Assembly: GCA_963845755.1 (NCBI GenBank)
Contig: CAWJTV010000025.1
Coordinates: 64,001 to 128,000 of the forward strand
Length of the DNA stretch: 64,000 bases
Direction of reading: 5' to 3'
Source: an uncultured Planctomycetota bacterium
Lineage (GTDB): Bacteria > Planctomycetota > Planctomycetia > Isosphaerales > Isosphaeraceae
Part shown: positions 33,801 through 46,750 of the stretch, in pieces
How the letters are laid out: each line of letters opens with the position of its first letter
How positions within the stretch are numbered: position 1 is the first letter of the stretch
Made by a program: the position numbers and the translations under genes
The notes under the pieces: model-generated
Database searches by the model: none
Seen by the model: the letters and a program-made list of their open reading frames with translations, nothing else
What the model was told of the DNA's origin: nothing

Positions 33801-36800
33801 CGGGTTGTCGGCCAGGTAGGCCTGGAACCCCGTAACACTTCCTTGCAGATAGGCCTGCTTCGCCGCCGAGTCGCTGCCGAGGTAGGCGCCGAGGCTGGCC
33901 GGGTTGCTGGTCAGATACGCCTGGAGGCCAGTGCTGCCCCCCGTCAGGTAGGCCTGATTCGCCGCGGAGTTGCCACTGAGGAAGGCGCTCAAGCTGGACG
34001 GATCGGTGACGAGATACGCCTGGAGGCCGGCGCCGCCGCCGAGCAAGTAGGCCTGATTGGCCGCGGAGTCGCTGGCGAGGTAGGCGGTCAAGCTGGTCGG
34101 GTTGCCGCCGAGGAATGCCTGGAGTGAGCCGGGGTTGGTGCTCAGGTAGCCCTGGAGGCCGGTGCCACCCCCTTGCAGATACGCTTGATTGGCCGCCGAG
34201 TTGCTGCTGAGGTAGGCGCTCAAACTGGCCGGGTCGGTGGCGAGATACTGCTGGAGACCGGTCGAGCCGTTGGTGAGGTAGGCCTGATTGGCCGCGGGGT
34301 CGCTGCCGAGGTAGGCGCTCAAGCTGGTCGGATTGCTGCTCAGGTAGGCCTGGAGCCCGGTGCCGCCCCCCGTCAGGTAGGCCTGGTTCGCCGCGTTGTT
34401 GCTCCCGAGGTAGGCGCTCATCGCGCCGGGGTTGGCGACGAGGTAGGCCGAGACGGCGGCGGAGTTGGCTGCCAGGTAAGCCTGCTGGGCGGAGGGGTTG
34501 CTTGCAACGTAGGCCGAGATGGCGGCCGAGTCCTGGCTCAGGAACGCCTGCTGCGCGGCCGGGCTGCTGGCGATATAGGCCGAGACGGCGGCGGAGTTCG
34601 CGGCCAGATAGGCCTGATCCGCGGCGGAGTTGCCCGTGATGTACTGGGAGATGGAAGTCGCGTTCTGCTCGAGGTACGCCTGCTCGGCCGATGGGTTGGT
34701 AATGAGGTAGGCCGCAAGGCTGCTGGGGTTGCTGTTGAGGTACTGCTGGAGGGCCGCCTCGTTGCCGGCGAGGTATTGCGACAGCGCCGTCGGGTTGCTC
34801 TCCAGGTACTGCTGGAGGACCGTCGGGTCACCCGCCAGGTAAGCCTGCAAGCCGGTGGCGCCCCCTTGCACGTAGGCCTGCTGGGCTCCCGGGTTGCCGC
34901 CGAGGAAGGCGCTCAAGCTGGACGGGTTCGTGATCAGGTACGACTGGAGGCCGGAACCACCCCCTTGCAGATACGCTTGATTGGCACCCGGGTTGCCGCC
35001 GAGGTAGGAGCTGAGGCTGGCCGGGTCGGTGGCGAGATACTGCTGGAGACCGGTCGAGCCGTTGGTGAGGTAGGCCTGATTGGCCGCAGCGTCGGTGGCG
35101 AGGTACGCATTGAGGCTGGCCGGGTTGTCGATCAGGTAGGCCTGGAAGCCGGTCTCGCTTCCAGTCAGGTAGGCCTGATTGGCCGCCGAGTTGCCGCCGA
35201 GGTAGGCGCTCAGGCTGGCCGAGTTGCCGATCAGGTAGGCTTGGAGGGCGGTGTTGCCCCCTTGCACATAGGCCTCGTTCGCGGTGGGGTTGCCGCTCAG
35301 GAAGGCGCTCAAGGAGGCGGGGTTGGTGGCGAGATACGCCTGGAGCCCGGCACCACCGGCTTGCAGGTAGGCCTGATTGGCCGCCGAGTCGCTGCCGAGG
35401 TAGGCGCTCAAGCTGGTCGGGTCGCCGCCGATGAAAGCCTGAAGCGTTCCGGGGTTGCCCGTCAAGTACCCCTGGAGACCGGTGCCGCCCCCTTGCAGAT
35501 ACGCTTGATTGGCCGCCGAGTTGCTGCCGAGGTAGGAGCTGAGGCTGGACGGGTCGGTGGCGAGATACTGCTGGAGACCGGTCGAGCCGTTGGTGAGGTA
35601 GGCCTGATTGGCCGCGGGGTCGCTGCCGAGGTAGGCGCTCAAGCTGGTCGGGTTGCTGCTCAGGTAGGCCTGGAGGCCGGTGCCGCCCCCCGTCAGGTAG
35701 GCCTGGTTCGCCGCGTTGTTGCTCCCGAGGTAGGCGCTCAAGGCGGTGGGGTTGCTCGCGATGAAGGCCGAGACGCCCGTGGGGTCCGCCTGGAGGTACG
35801 CCTGCTGCGAGGCCGGATTGCTCGCGATATAGGCCGAGACACCCGTGGAGTTCTGGCTCAGGTATGCCTGCTGCGCGGCGTTATTGCCGGTGATGTACGC
35901 GGCGACCGACGATGCGTTAGCTTCGAGGTACGCCTGCTCGGCGTCCGGGTTGCTGGCGATGTACTGGGCGACCGCCGTCTGATTCTGCTGGAGGTACGCC
36001 TGGGCCACGGCCGGGTTGTCGGCGATGTACTGGGCGACCGCCGAAGAGTTCTGGCTGAGGTACGCCTGCTGCGCCGCCGAGTTGCCCGCGACGTACGCGG
36101 TGAGAGCCGCCTGGTTCGAACTGAAGAAGGCCTGGACGGACGTGGGATTGACGGCGATGTACTGGGCGAAGGCCGTCGCGTTGGCCTGGAGGTAGGCCTG
36201 CTGCGCGGCGATGGAGCTGTTCAGGTAAGCCTGTGCGGCCGTCGCGCTGCCGGTGACATAAGCGTTCACCGTGTTCAACGTTGACGAGTCGGACGACTGG
36301 ACGACCTCGTTGCCGCCGCTGAAGGCCTGGACGTTCGAGCCCTGGGCGCCGAAGACCTTGTTGCCGGTGCCCACCAGGACGATGCTCGTGCCGGGTTGCT
36401 GCGTCGTGCCGTTGCTGGATGCCGGCGCTGCATAGAGGGTGTCGTCGTTGCCGCCGACGACGGTCTGGATCGTCCCCTTGATACTCAGCGACGCCGTCGA
36501 GTTCGACTGCAGGAGGCTGGGGTCGACCAGCGACCCGATGTCGGGATCGTCAACCGCGGTGCTGTAAATGATCTGGCTCTGCCCGACGTCCAGGTTCATG
36601 TTGACGGTCACGCCGATCACTTCGGGCGTCGAGGATTTCTTGACCAGCGTCGTCGACAGGAAGGCCTGGGTGAGGTCGAGGGTGTTGGACCCGCTATTGG
36701 TCACCACGGTGTCGTTGAAATTATTGTTGGGATCGACCTGGAACGTATTCTGGCTCCCCGTCGGGCCCCCCACGAATGTCACGTTGGCGAGTTGGGTTCC

Positions 36801-39800
36801 GGTCTGGATGAACGTAGTACCGACCGGACCGCCGATGACGGTCAGGGGGTCGAGGTTGCCCTGGACGACGACCGTCACGGGGACCTGGGTGTTCGAGAGA
36901 TCGAGTCTGGCCGTGATGGGGCTGACCACGATCGTTACCGAGGAGGACGACGCGTCGTTGATCGACCTCTCAGCGCCGGTATTCTTCGTGATCGTCCCGC
37001 CGAACGTCAGGCCTCCCTCACCGTTGATCGTGGCCTGCGACCCGATGACCACGTTATTGTTCAGGCTGGCCTGGCCGGTCGTGGTGATCCCGCTCCCGTC
37101 GATCTCGGTCGTGCCGAAGGGCGCGGTCGTCATCGAGGCCACCGACACCGCCCCGAGGAAGGTCGTGACGCCGACGGTGCTGACGTCCAGCGCGAACGGG
37201 CCGGTCACGGTACTGGCATACCGGAGGTTGCCGTCGTCGGTGCTCGTGAAGGTCGCGTCGGCGCTGAGCGTCACTGGCTCTTCGTAGTCCTGGTCGCCGG
37301 TGGTCGTGACGCCGCCGCCATTAATGTCGGTCGTACCCCCGCCTTTGGTGGTCAGCCTGGAGAGCCGCTGGTCGCCGCCCACGAGCCCGAGGAACGTGAT
37401 GACGCCCAGCGAGACGAGCGTCAGCGCGGCGACGCCATCAAGTGCGTCGGAGAACGTGATGTTGCCACTTGAGGTGCTCGTCAAGGTCAGGTCAGACCCG
37501 AACGTGACCGCCCCTGTGAACGACTGATCGTCGGTCGTGTTGATCTGGGAAACGCCCAGGCCCAGCGTCGTGGTCCCGATAACCGTCAGCGAACCGAGCG
37601 CGAGCAAGCCGGCGCCGGCATCGCCCACATCCCCGGCGAAGCTGGCGTTGCCGTGGACCGTCAGGTCGTTGGCCTGGTTGACGTCCTGAATCGCGCGGCC
37701 GAAGGAGACGGTCGAGCCGGTCAGCACCGCGCTCGAACCGAGCGTCACCGCCCCCGAAAACGTCTGCCCGTTGACCGTGTTGACCTCCGACAGGCCCGGG
37801 CCCAGGAGGGTGCTCCCGGTGACCGTCAACGAATTGAGCGCGAACAGGCCGGCGCCGGCGGCGCCGACATCCCCGCCGAAGCTGACGTTGCCGTCGATGG
37901 TCAGGCTGTACGAGGCATTTTCGTCTTGAATCGCGCCGCCGAAGTTGATCGTCGAGCCGGTGAGCACCGCGTTCGTGGCCAGCACCAACCCTCCCTCAAA
38001 CGTCTGGTCGCCGACTGTGTTGATCTGAGACAGACCCGGATTCAACGTGGTGGTCCCCGTGACGGTCAGCGAATGGAGAGCAAAGTCGCCGGCGCCCGCA
38101 TCGCCCACATCCCCGTTGAAGATCGCGTTGCCGTTGACGGTCAGATCGTTGGGTTGGTTGACGTCGACAATCGGGCCGTTGAAGGCGACCGTCAACACAT
38201 TGAGCACGGCGCTGGTACCGAGCGTCACCGTCCCGCCGAACGTCTGCCCATTGACGGTGTTGATCTGGGAGAGACCCGGGTTCATCGCGGTCGTCCCGGT
38301 GACGTTCAACGAATTGAGTGCGAACAGGCCGAAGACGGGATCGCCCACGTCCCCGCCGAAGCTCGCATTGCCGTTAACCGTCAGATCCCACGGCTGGTCG
38401 AAGCCGTCAATCGCGCCGCCGAAGGTGACCGACGACCCCGTGAACACTGTGTTCGAGCCCGCGATGTTCATCGTTTCGGCATAGGCCTGCGCCCCGGTCG
38501 TCTCGATGGTCAAGGAGGGATTGAACTGGAACTCGCTCACGTCGGTGACATCGCCGGACACATCGAGCGAGGCGAGCGGGACGCCCACTCCGACGTTCCC
38601 GTCGAAGACAATGCCGCCGCCGGCGCCGACGATCGAGACCGGATCCGCGCCCGGGGTCGTCCCGTCGAGCGTGGAGAGGAACCAGATGCCGTATCCGTTA
38701 AAGGTGATCGAGGAATCGACCGTCACCGGGCCCTGGTATTCTTGTTCGTTTGTCGCATTCGTGGTGTTGACCTGAGATACCCCCGTACCGAACGCAGTGG
38801 TCCCGGAGACATTCAGCGAGTCGAGCGGGAACAAGCCGGCGCCGGCGTCGCCGATGTCGCCGTCGAAACTGGCGTTGCCGTCGATCGTCAGGTCGTTCGG
38901 TTGGTTGCGGTCGTTAATCGGCCCGCCGAAGCTGAAGTTCGGCCCCGACAACACCGTGCTGGCATCGAGGTAGGTCGTTCCGGTGACGGCAAAGGAACCG
39001 GCCGACGAAACCGAACCGCCGGACACGAAGAAGGTGCCCAAGGTGACCGTACTGCCGGTCCCGACGGTGAATGTGCCCGCGTTCGTCAAGCGGTCCACGG
39101 AGAGACTGCCACCGTTGGCGACATCGAGTTGGCCGCCATTGAACAGCCCGCCAGCAAGGCCCGTCACGAAGTTGGAGGTGACGTAAGAGTTGGACAGCGT
39201 GATCGTGCTGCCACCCGCGTTGTACAGGCCGCCGCCGTCCGTGGCGGCGGTGTTGCCGGTGACGGTGACACCGCTGAGCGTAGCCGTGCCATTCTTGTTG
39301 TACAGCCCGCCGCCGACCGTGGAGGCGGTGTTCTCGGCGATGGTGACATCGCTGAGCGTAGTCGTGCCCGCGTTGGACAGCCCGCCGCCGCTACCGGTCG
39401 CATTGCCGTCGGTGATCGTCAGTCCCGAGATGGACGCGGTGACATTCGCGTCGACCTGGAACACCCGGCTGAGCCCCCCGCCGCTGATGGACAGCGCGGC
39501 GGCCGGACCGCTGATCGAGGTGGAGAGCGCCCGATTGCTCAGCTCGAGCTGCGTGCCGGTCAGCGTGATGGTCTGCGCCGTGTTGAAGACGGTGGGATCG
39601 AAGGAAATCGCCGTGCCGGCGTACTCGTCCGCGAGGCTGACGGCGCCGGAGAGGGTCAGGCCGGCGGGGTTAGTGACGACCGTCGCGGACGACGACTCGA
39701 CGACCAGGGAGACCTGGAAGGCGCCGATGTCCACGATGTTGCCGCGGATCAGGCTGCGCTGGTCGGTGGTGAGGCCCGGGACGCTGGTGCCCGCGCCGAT

Positions 39801-42800
39801 GGCCGGGCTGCCGGGCAAGAGCGGGATCACGTCCGTGAATCCGCCGTAGGTGTCCAGGGTGCCCAGTCCGGGATCCGCGACGCCGACCTGGTTGCCGTTG
39901 ACCCCGTCGGCCAGCCCGCCGGAACCCCCCGTCCCGATCAGGTTGTGCGTCCCGGAGACCGATCCGACGCCGCGAATGTCGTTGGCGACGCCGCCGAAGT
40001 AGCTAATGTTCCCGGCGACGATCGTGTCGGTGAGTGCGACCGATCCCCCCGCATACAGGCCGGCGCCGTGAGGCGAATGGTTCCCGGTGACCGTGCAGGC
40101 GATCATCTGTAACGTACCACCGCCCTGGTTCACCCCGCCGCCTTGGAAGTCGGCCGTGTTATTGAAGATGGTGGAGTTCGTGATCGTCAGAGACCCGCTG
40201 GCTACGCTGATCCCACCGCCCAGAGCGGCGTTGTTACCGCGGAAGGTCGAGCCCGTGATCGAGCCGGACGCGCTGTTGGCGATGGAGAAGCCGCCGCCGG
40301 TTGACGTGGCCGTATTACCGGTGAAATCGCATTTCTCGATCTGGAAATGGGACTGGCCGATGGCGCGGAAAGCCGCGCCATGATTGAGGGCACGATTGTC
40401 GAGGAACGTCGAGTCGAGAACCGTGATCGACCCGTCATCCAGCACCCCCCCGCCGACCGCGCCCGTGTTGCCCTGGATCGTACATTCCCAGAGCGTGAGC
40501 GTGCCGGCGTCGTCGATCCCGCCCGCATGTCCTGAGGAGGTGTCCTTGCCCCCGGTGATCGCCAGGCCCCCGATGTAGGCCGTGACGCCCAAGTCGATCT
40601 GGAAGACCGTGCTCAGGCCCCCGCCGCTGACCGTCACGAATCCGTAGATCGAGGTCGTCAGGCTGCTAGTGTTGCTCAATTCGAGCGGGGTGCCGGCCAG
40701 CGTGATGGTCTGCGATGAATTGAAGACCCCGGAATCGAACGTGATCGATGACCCGGCGAACTGGTTCGCGAGGCTGACGGCGCCGGGGAGAGTCAGCCCG
40801 GTGGCGGTGGTCACGACCGCTGCGGACGGCGACTCGACGACCAGCGAGGTCTGGAAGGCGCCGATGTCCACGGTGTTGCCGCGGATCAGGCCGCGCTGGT
40901 CGGTGGTGAGGCCGCTGACGGTCGTGCCCGCGCCGATGGCGAGGCTGTCGGGCAACAGCGGGATCGTCTGGGTGGGACCGCCGTAGTTTCCCAGGGTGCC
41001 CAGATCGGCATCCGCGAAGACCTGGTTGCCGCCGACCCCGTTGGTAAACTGGCCGGAACCGTCGCTCCCGATCAGGTTGTACGTGCCGGAGAGCGTGCCG
41101 GGATTGGCCCCACCTCTGGAGGCATCGATGTCGCTGTCGATGCCCGCGTTGCCGGAGACGATGGTGTCGGTGAGGACCGTCGCACCCCCACGGGCGTAGA
41201 TCCCGCCGGCGTACCACGCCGTGTTCGCCGTGATCGTGCAGGCCGTCAGGTAGGCGGTAGAGCCAAGACTGTCATCAACCAACACGCCGCCTCCTAATCC
41301 CAGGCTGGCGACGGTGTTCCCCGTGATCGTGCAGTTCACCATCGTCAACGCTTTCGGGCTGTCGGAGTCCGTATACACCCCGCCGCCGTTGACGGCGGTG
41401 TTGCTGACGATCGTGCAGTCGGTGATCGTGACGAGAAAGTCGCCCACGTAAAGGCCGCCGCCATTCCCGGTTGCGGAGTTGCCGCTGACGGTCGAGTCGG
41501 TCAGCGTGGCTGAGCAGTGGTCGAGGTTGAGGCCGCCGCCGATTCCGCCCGAATTACCGGTGATGCTCGAGCTGTAAATAAAGAAGATCCCTCTATAGCT
41601 CGTGACACCGCTGTCGCCTGTATTTCCGCTGATGGTGCAGCCAGTCAGCCGGATCGTACCAAAGAAGTTGTCCAGTCCACCGCCCGTGTTGCCACTGATG
41701 GTGGAGTTCGTGATCGTGGGATTGGAACCATAGATACTTGCGAGGCCGCCCCCGCTGCTGGCCGTGTTGCCGCTGACGATGCAGTTGGTAAACGTGGGAT
41801 CGGCGTCTCTGTAAAACGCTCCGCCGCCACTCCCGGTTGCGGAGTTGCCGCTGAGGGTACAGCCGATCAGAGTGAACGGGAGTAAGCCGACGCTGTAGAT
41901 GCCGCCGCCATTCCCGGTTGTGGAGTTGCCGCTGAAAGTACAATTGGTCATCGTCAGCGTACCGCTGTTGCTCACGCCGCCGCCGTTGCCGGTGACCGAG
42001 CCACCGGTGATCGTCAGCCCCGAGAGGGACGCTGTGACACTCGCGTCAACCTGGAACACCCGGCTCGTCCCGCCGCCGCTGACGATCACGCCCGCCGGCG
42101 TGCCGGAGCTCGTGATCGTCTGGGTCCCGCCGGTGTTGCTCAGCGTGAGCTGGCCGCCAGTCAGCGTGATCGTATGCAAGCCAGAGGTGAAGACGGACGA
42201 GTTGAAGGTGATCGACTCGGCGGCGCCCAGCACATTCGCCAGGTTGACCGCCTGGCGGAGGTCCAGGTCTCCCGACGGGGAGACGTTGCCATCGATCGTG
42301 GTGTTGACGACCAGGGAGTTGGTCTGGAAGGCGCCGATGTCGGGATTGGGCGAGTCGAGCGGGAAGCCGCGCTGGTCGGTCGTGACGCCATTAAGGGCCG
42401 CGCCCCGCCGATGGCGGGGCTGCCGGGCAAAAGCGGGATGGTCTCAGTCGGCCCGCCGTACTCGCCCAGGGTCCCGAGATCCGCGCTCACGCCGATCTTG
42501 TCGGTGCCGACCCAACCGCTGTTGCCGGAGGTGTTGCCGATCAGGTTGTGGCCCTGGGAGGTGAAACTCCCATCCGCATCGGGGTCGGTGGAGGCCGTGT
42601 TTCCCGCCACGATGGTGTTGCCGAGGGTGAAAGTGCCGCCGCCAGTCACCTTGTACACGCCGCCGCCTTCGTTCGCGGTGTTGCCGCTGACGGTGACGTT
42701 GGTGAGCGTGGGCGTGCCGCCGCAGTCCATCGCGCCGCCGTAGTTTGCGGCGGAGTTTCCGGAGAAGGTGCAGTCGGTGAGCGTGGCCGTGGCGCCGTTG

Positions 42801-45800
42801 TAGTTGTCCAGCCCGCCGCCGTTGATGGCCGCGGTGTTTCCGGAGAAGGTGCAGTCGGTGAGCCTGACCGTGGCGTTGGGCCAGTTGTTCAGCCCGCCGC
42901 CGTAGTTTGCGGCGGAGTTTCCGGAGAAGGTGCAGTCGGTGAGCCTGACCGTGGCGGATTCCTCGGCGAACAGCCCGCCGCCGATGGCGGCCGAGCCGCC
43001 GCTGATCGTCAGGTCGGAGAAGCTGGCCGTCACGCTGGTACTGATCTGGAACACGCGGCTGGCACCCCCGCCACTGACCGTCACGCCCACGGCCGGTCCG
43101 GTGATCGAGGTCGTCAGGCTGGTATTGCTCAGCGTGAGCTGTGTGCCAGTCAAGGTGATGGTCAGCACCGTGTTGAAGACGCTGGGATCGAACGAGATCG
43201 CCGTGCCGGCGTACGAGTCCGCGAGGCTGACGGCGCCGGGGAGGGTCAGGCCCGCGGCGGTGGTGACGACCGTCCCTGAGTTCGACTCGACGACCAGGCT
43301 GATCTGGAACGCGCCGATGTCCACTGTGTTGCCGCGGATCAGGCCGCGCTGGTCGGTGGTGGGAATGGTGAGGCCGACGATCGAATCGCTCCCCGCGCCG
43401 ATGGCCGGGCTACCGGTCAGCAAGGCCCTTGCCTGGGTCGGGCCGCCGTTATTGCCCAAGGTTCCCAGGTCGGGGCTGGTGTTTTGCAGGTCGGTGCTGA
43501 TCCAGCCGGAGCTTCCGGTGGTGTTGCCGATCAGGTTGTAGCCCTTGGAGGTCACGCTTGCGTCGACGTCGGGATCGACGGTGCCGGCCGTGTTCGTCGC
43601 CACGATGGTGTTGGCTATGATGATCGCCGACCCGTCAATACCGCCGCCGGGGCCGCCGGCGGTGTTGCCGGCGATGGTGCAGTTGATCAGCGTGGTTGCA
43701 CCGCCAGAGATCGAAGAAACGCCGCCGCCAGAGGAGGCGGTGCCAATGTTGGTGGCGCTGTTGCCGCTGAGCGTGCAGTTGGTCATCGTGATCGTGCCGT
43801 CGGAGTTTCGCACGGCGCCGCCGTAACCGGCGTGGTTGCCGCTCATGGTATCGCCGGTCGCCGTGGCCGTGCCGCCGTGCACCCACAGCGCGCCACCATA
43901 GTCGCCGGTGTTGCTGGTGAGGATGGAGTCCGTCAGCGTCAGCGTGCCAGTTTGCTCCTCCACGCCACCGCCACTGGTGGCGGAGTTTCCGGTGACGGTG
44001 ATGTTGGCCAGCGTCATCGCGGTCCCGTCGTCGTACAGCCCGCCGCCGTTACCGCTGGCGGTGTTGCCGCTGACGGTGACGTTGGTCAGCGTCACGTTTC
44101 CCTTGTTGTACAGCCCGGCGCCGCTGTTGCTCGGGTTGCTACCACCGGTCAGCTTGCCGTCGGTGATCGTCAGTCCCGAGAGGGACGCCGTGACACTCGC
44201 GTCGACGAAGAACACCCGGCTGATCCCGCCGCCGCTGACGATCACGCCCGCCGCCGGGCCCGTGATCGTTTCCGCCGTGCTCGTGTTGCTCAGCGTGAGC
44301 TGGCCGCCGGTAAGGGTGATGGTCTGCTGCGTGGCGAAGACGCCCGCGGTGTTGAAGACAATCGTGTTGGCGGCCGTGGGGCTGTTGGCCGGGTTGACGT
44401 TGGTGTTGACGTTGGCCCAGCCGACCGCGGCGCGCAGGGTGCCGACGTCGCCCGAGTCGGCGGTGCTCGTGTCCAGGTACGACGAGCTGGCCTCGTAGGC
44501 GCCGATATCGACGGCGGATCCGGCGTTGAGCCCGGTCGGTCCGCGCAGGGCACCGCGCTGGTCGGTGGTGGGAATGGTGAGGCCGGTGATGGAATTGGCC
44601 CCCGCGTCGATGGCCGGGCTGCCGGTCAGCAAGGCCATGGTCTGGGTCGGGCCGCCGAAATTGCCCAGCGCGGCCAGCAGGGGGTTTTTCGGACTGGCGA
44701 CGGTGCCGGTCACGTCCCCGGTCGCGGTGAACGAGGTGCTGCCGTCGGTCTTGCCGATCAGGTTGTACCCCTCGTCGGCGAACGTTCCGTCGACATCGGG
44801 ATCGGCGGTGCTGGCCGAGTTTCCTGCCACGATGGTGTTGCCGATGTTCACCGTCCCGGACTGATCATACATGCCGCCGCCGAAGATCGCCGCGTTGCCG
44901 CTGAAGGTGGAGTTGGTCAGCGTGGCCGTGCCGCCTCTGGTGTCCAGGCCGCCGCCGCGGGCGGCGAAGTTGCCGCTGACGGTGACGTTGGTCAGCGTGG
45001 CCGTGCCGGCGTTGATGTACAGGCCGCCGCCTTGGTTAGTGGCGGTGTTGTTGTTGACGGTGACGTCGGTCAGCGTGGTCGTGCCGCCAACCATAGCCAG
45101 GCCGGCGCCGAGAATATTGGCATGGTTGCCGCTGACGGTGACGTCGGTCAGCATGGCCGTGCCGGCGTTGATCAGGCCGCCGCCGCCGACGACGCCTGCG
45201 CCAGTGGCAGTGTTGCCGGTGAGGAGGTCTCCCGTCAGCGTGGCCGTGCCTCTGTTGTACATCCCGCCGCCGTTAACGGCGGTGTTGCCGCTGACGGTGG
45301 AGTTGGTCAGCATGACCGTGCCGCCGCTCTTGCTGTACAGACCACCACCTACGTTGGCGGTGCTGCCGCTGACGGTGACGTTGGTCAGCGTGGTCGTGCC
45401 CGCGCTGTACAGCCCGCCGCCGCCGCCGCTCACGGAGCCACCGGTGATCGTCAGGCCGGAGAGCGAGGCGGTGACGCTGCTATTGACGTGGAACACGCCG
45501 CTGGCGTTATTGCCGCTGATCGTCACGCCCCCCGACGGGCCCGTGATGTACTGAGTCCCGGTCGTGTTGCTGATCGTGAGCTGGCCTGACAACGTAATCG
45601 TCTCGCCGGAGAGGCCCGCGGCAAAGTCGATCGTGTTAGCCCCCGAGTTCGCGTTCGCCAGGCCGAGCTCATAGGTCAGCGAGCCGGAAGTGCCGACGTT
45701 GCCGCTGTTGTTGGTCACCTGGAACACCGACATCAGCCGCCGGTCCTCCAGCGTCATGACCGTCGGTCGCACCCTCAGTTGCCGCCATGGCCGGCCCGCG

Positions 45801-45850
45801 ACCGTCAACTGCCTGCGTCGTCGCTGATCCTTCGCTCCGTTGCGACCCAT
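21868..45850 (-). CDS. Giant (~8,000 aa) surface protein: beta-helix modules, 11-mer repeat tract, metzincin, Ig-like repeats and S53 peptidase; multiple frameshifts
   Basis: GAGGAG RBS, ATG at 45850, TLEDRRLMS leader. Continuous across ORFs 42161..46144, 30327..42233, 30308..30727, 29746..30474, 25134..29906, 24779..26023 and 21868..25137, with single-base shifts near 42400, 30957, 30428, 29833, 25830 and 25190. The true C-terminus may extend to ~21466. Confidence 0.8.
22360..23460 (-). other. Sedolisin (peptidase S53) domain of the giant protein
   Basis: YTPAQIRDAYG, GQTIAIVDAY, ELEEALDVEW (Glu/Asp), ASTGDYG, RTTPDVS, VGGTSLSAP (catalytic Ser), YNLVTGLGTP. Confidence 0.9.
26640..27420 (-). 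other. Metzincin-type zinc metalloprotease domain of the giant protein
   Basis: HEAGHTLGLEH (HExxHxxGxxH) at ~26855-26888, preceded by RTX-like GDDTIIGNGTNDILQG and followed by a PPC-like domain. Confidence 0.8.
28140..36270 (-). repeat. Coding tandem array of roughly 240-250 11-residue (33-bp) repeats
   Basis: Units such as ANQAYLQGGGT / GLQAYLATDPA / SLSAYLGSDSA / VLQQYLTSNPT, with Y or F followed by L or I every 11 residues over ~8.1 kb. Confidence 0.95.
39100..45720 (-). repeat. Five parallel beta-helix (Pmp-like GGG[ILV]) modules, each closed by a choice-of-anchor-Q-like motif
   Basis: Recurrent T(V/I)SGN(S/T)AxxGGG(L/I) units; LGxxGGxT...LLxGSPAIxAG...TTDQR...DIGA(F/Y) motifs near 44600, 43400, 42400, 40930 and 39790. 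Confidence 0.8.
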
Positions 45851-46750
45851 CAACTTCTCCTCTGGTGATGTACAACCCCGGATGATGAATGTAATGATCA
45901 GAACTCCACGAACGCCCCTACACGGCTGGCTGTGGGTCTCGACCGGACCTGCCCCGTTCCGAGTTAGTACGGCCCGCACCGCGTCGGGCACTACGAATGA
46001 TTTCTCCAGCATGAATCCCGGTAATGCCCGCGACGTGGCGGGCGCGAGGCCAGTGGCCGTCGTCGTGCCGGCCGGAAGGGTCGAGGTGGGCTGCGACCGG
46101 ACGAACCGCGACGACATCACGGACAACATCCCGGAGGTCGTCACGGCCCGCAGTCGGCTCGCGGGGCGAGGCCGCTGGATCCAACGTTTCGATCATCAGT
46201 TTGCTTCTTCAGCGCAAGGATTCAAAACGTGCGTATGGCATCAGCGATGCCGTGTTTTCTCGCGTCGTCCCAATCGCCTTCGGCGGCGATGTAAGAATCC
46301 AGCACGTGGCAGTATAGAGCAACGCACTTATGTGTGCCTATCCCTTGGGATGTTGTTCGTTACGAGGTTCGAAACACAGGAACCTTGGTCGTCTTGAAGA
46401 TCTCCGGCCGCCCCATCGTCGGTCCAATGCCAAACTCGCTGGAATCAACAACTTCGGCCTGCGAGGGGATCGTCGTTGTTTGCCCGTGGCCTTCGTTGAC
46501 CTCGTGCGCCCCCAACCACGGATCGTATCCGCACGCTTTCTTTCCAAAAGGTTCGCCTTTTTTGGCGCACCGGTCGTGCGAATCGAAGGTTCGAGTGATG
46601 CCATCATTCTTCTCAATGGGTGCGAGGACGGAACACCTTGCGCGGCGAGGACCTTTCGACGCAGCGATCGCCGATAGGATGTGTCCGAGCCGCGACCGGC
46701 CCGAGCACCTAGGCCGCCCAGATCACCGGACGACCGATCCATGAAGGTGC

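Noticed and set aside
28140..36270. CRISPR array or non-coding satellite
   Set aside because: The 33-bp period is codon-phased with synonymous variation, there are no unique spacers, and no cas genes are present.
31185..45589. Long plus-strand ORFs (e.g. 34173..36284, 37653..40112, 43484..45589)
   Set aside because: These are antisense shadows of a GC-rich repetitive gene with no recognisable motifs.
45851..46144. N-terminal extension of the giant ORF to 46144
   Set aside because: The RBS and the basic leader with LEDRRLMS support ATG 45850.
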